This document shows, piece after piece, positions 52,658 through 55,169 of a DNA stretch of 55,169 nt; the first letter of the stretch is position 1; each line of letters begins with the position of its first letter. The translations under genes and the position numbers were made by a program. This DNA is from Candidatus Saccharimonadota bacterium (GTDB taxonomy: Bacteria > Patescibacteriota > Saccharimonadia > CAILAD01 > BJGX01): assembly GCA_035329105.1 (NCBI GenBank), contig DAOLHK010000001.1:27955-83123 (forward strand). The letters are read 5' to 3'. The notes under the pieces are model-generated. The model was not told the DNA's origin. It ran no database searches and saw only the letters and a list, made by a program, of their open reading frames with translations.

Positions 52658-55168
52658 CTAGGTAGTATGTTTAATCGGAATAAGTCTTTTCAATATATCG
52701 CCAGTGACCAAAATCAATATAAATACACCCACAACAACAATTATTTGATTTGAATTCAATGGCTGGGTATTGAGGTACTTTGCAAACCCGGTATAAATCA
52801 CTAGTACCTGTAGTATAAATGCCATACTTATCCCTCCGAATAATAGCCAATTGGTTCTTTTGAATCCCTCTATAAATGACTGATTGTCACTTCTGGAATT
52901 AATAGAGTTTGCCCACTGTGCCACTACCAGAGATGCAAACGCTATTGCTTGTGCGCTGCTAGTACCATTCGGCAGGGATAAATAATAAACCACAAGGGTC
53001 GTTACGGCCATCACAGATGCCATCACTATTATTCTTTGAAACCTTTTTCTACCTATTATAGGCGACGAAGGACTGGCCGGCGGTTCATTCATCAGATTTC
53101 GCTCGGCTTTTTCAAATCCCAATGGAATCATTGTAAAGCTATCAGTCACAAAATTGATCCATAGTATCTGCAATGCAGTAATAGGTAAAGGCAAAGCAAA
53201 TATTAGCGCCCCTACTATAGTGAATATTTCACCTAGATTTGTGGCCAGTACGTAAGTAAGCATTTTCTTTACATTACGAACTATAGCTCTCCCCTGACTT
53301 ACAGCATCAACAATAGTTGCGAAGTTGTTATCTAACACTACCATATCAGATGCTTCTTTGGCGGCATCATTGCCTGAGCCAACAGCAACCCCTACATTCG
53401 CCATTCTAAGTGCAGGTACATCATTGATGCCATCTCCAGTCATAGATGTAATATGAGTCCTATGTAATGCATCCAGGATTTTGAACTTATGTTCGGGTAA
53501 TACTCTACCAAATACTTTGTGGGTCTTAATCAATCGTCTTATTTGGGTATTATCGGATTCCGCTATAGCAACTCCCAGTTCAGCTTGACGATTATTCGAT
53601 ATTCCAGAGATATTTGCAAAATATCCCGCAGCTTCCTTGTGGTCACCGGTTAAAAGTATTACATCTATACCGGCGTTGTGAGCAGTCTTTACCGCTTCAA
53701 CGACTCTCGGTCTTAATTCGTCACCAAAGGCCACCAATCCACCAAAAAAGTAGCCTTTGAGTTTGGCTTTTTTTAGGTCTTGTATATTTTCGTTTTTGGC
53801 TGCAATACCGAGCACCCTCATGCCTTCAGATGCCATTGTAGCTATCTGTTTATCAATCGTTTTTCGTGCATTTAGACTCAAATCACAGATATCCAATACA
53901 GCTTCGGCTGACCCTTTTATATATGTAGTATATACATTCTTGTATTTCCATACAGCACCGCTCATTCTCATGTTCTGTACGAATGGCAGTCTATGCTCAA
54001 GCTTCCCTATGGTCTTTGATTTGTCCAAATACTCGGAATAAATAATATCATCTATTTCATCGCTTTTTCCTTCATCGTGAGTTGAAGATTTGAATGTAGC
54101 TGCTACTAAGTCAGTCTTTGCAGATGGAGACCATGTCTGTGCAATATGTAGCTTGTTCTTGGTGATAGTCCCCGTCTTGTCTGTCGCTATAAGAGTCACT
54201 TGCCCCAATGTCTCAACAGCACTCAAATTACGAACCAAAGCATTTTTTTTGGCCATATTCTTTACTCCAAACACCAGAACTATGACTACTGCAATAGGTA
54301 ACCCTTCAGGAATTGCCGATACTATCAAGGATAATACAAACCTTAAAGCCTCAAAAGGATCGTGCCCTCTGTAGATTTTTAATGCGAATGTACATCCCGC
54401 AATCACAAATACTATTAGTATTAGTTTGCGTGTCAGATTATCTATCTTGTTTTGAAGAGGACTTTTAGTTTTGTGCTTTTGAGAGAGCTTTGCTATCCGA
54501 CCAAACTCAGTTTCCATGCCTATAGCAGTAATAACCATCTCTCCATCACCCTCACTTACGAAAGTCCCTTTAAAGGCCATATTGGTTTGATTGTATAAAG
54601 GCAACTTCTTCTCTAGCGCATCAGTGTATTTATGTTGCTGTTCTGACTCGCCAGTCAAAATTGACTCGTCTATATGTAGATTATTTGAAACTACCAACCT
54701 TCCATCTGCCGGTATCTTGACGCCCTCTTTGAGTATCACCACATCTCCAGGTACTAGTTCGGAAGTCAAAACCCTCGTAATCTTTCCATTTCTTCTTGTA
54801 AAACAACTCAACTCGCCCTGTTTCTGTAGAGATTTCATCACCCTATTTGCGGAAATATTTTGTACATAATATATAATTGCGTTCACCATCAGTATTGCCA
54901 AAATCACCAATGATTCGATGATCTTGCCTATGGCGACACTAATGATGGCTGAGATAAACAGTATCAGTACAAACCAGCTCGCAAAGGGCTCTACCAATGT
55001 CTTAAGCCATTGCCAGGGATTCCTGATGACTACTTCATTCTTACCATACTTACGCACTCTTTGTTCTACAACAAAGTCCTTCAGTCCGATCTGTAGAGAA
55101 TCTACTTGCAAAGACTCCAGGGCCTGTTCAACAGTTTGCTGTGAATAATCCAGTCTATTGGGGGTCAT
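52658..55168 (-). CDS. P2-type cation-transporting ATPase (Ca2+-ATPase-like)
   Basis: 836 aa. DKTGTIT phosphorylation site, TGDGINDVPAL and IPEGLP in M4. The start codon at 55166-55168 is 1 nt from the window edge. Confidence 0.93.
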   Translation of the reverse strand: MTPNRLDYSQQTVEQALESLQVDSLQIGLKDFVVEQRVRKYGKNEVVIRNPWQWLKTLVEPFASWFVLILFISAIISVAIGKIIESLVILAILMVNAIIYYVQNISANRVMKSLQKQGELSCFTRRNGKITRVLTSELVPGDVVILKEGVKIPADGRLVVSNNLHIDESILTGESEQQHKYTDALEKKLPLYNQTNMAFKGTFVSEGDGEMVITAIGMETEFGRIAKLSQKHKTKSPLQNKIDNLTRKLILIVFVIAGCTFALKIYRGHDPFEALRFVLSLIVSAIPEGLPIAVVIVLVFGVKNMAKKNALVRNLSAVETLGQVTLIATDKTGTITKNKLHIAQTWSPSAKTDLVAATFKSSTHDEGKSDEIDDIIYSEYLDKSKTIGKLEHRLPFVQNMRMSGAVWKYKNVYTTYIKGSAEAVLDICDLSLNARKTIDKQIATMASEGMRVLGIAAKNENIQDLKKAKLKGYFFGGLVAFGDELRPRVVEAVKTAHNAGIDVILLTGDHKEAAGYFANISGISNNRQAELGVAIAESDNTQIRRLIKTHKVFGRVLPEHKFKILDALHRTHITSMTGDGINDVPALRMANVGVAVGSGNDAAKEASDMVVLDNNFATIVDAVSQGRAIVRNVKKMLTYVLATNLGEIFTIVGALIFALPLPITALQILWINFVTDSFTMIPLGFEKAERNLMNEPPASPSSPIIGRKRFQRIIVMASVMAVTTLVVYYLSLPNGTSSAQAIAFASLVVAQWANSINSRSDNQSFIEGFKRTNWLLFGGISMAFILQVLVIYTGFAKYLNTQPLNSNQIIVVVGVFILILVTGDILKRLIPIKHTT

Positions 55169-55169
55169 A

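Overview
This 55,169-nt window reads as a chromosomal segment of a small-genome, low-GC bacterium. Ordinary 60-nt lines spot-count at about 38% G+C. It carries a Gram-positive-type envelope toolkit (MreBCD-PBP2, LCP, HtrA, signal peptidase I) and compact housekeeping proteins. My best guess is Patescibacteria/CPR, probably Saccharibacteria-like, but that is inference from gene content only. The backbone is a ~23-kb co-directional minus-strand run: hpf-secA, serS-lysS, greA, mreB-mreC-mreD-mrdA, a CPBP protease, rseP, uppS, frr, tsf, rpsB and an ABC exporter. It continues with rpmE-prfA-prmC, htrA, an LCP gene, lepB, parAB, rplU, trxB, typA and a P2-type ATPase. Accessory stretches lie between these: (i) 1-1.1 kb holds a ~65% GC partial gene with actinobacterial-style codon usage that abuts the low-GC genome. 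(ii) 1.2-6.0 kb holds a four-gene operon of unrecognised proteins. (iii) 24.1-29.0 kb is an island of small genes, most with their own predicted promoter and/or terminator hairpin. It includes a ~340-bp, 65-72% GC micro-island with a 41-codon ORF, an Rpf-type muralytic enzyme, three small bicistrons and a 33-codon Cys-peptide gene missing from the ORF track. (iv) 47.5-48.0 and 51.1-52.5 kb hold further compositionally deviant orphans. Two of the orphans are followed, from the stop codon onward, by a shared ~75-nt hairpin-containing 3' module. I recognised no rRNA, tRNA, CRISPR array, transposase, integrase or reverse transcriptase. All functional calls come from motif recognition by eye and none has been verified by a search.
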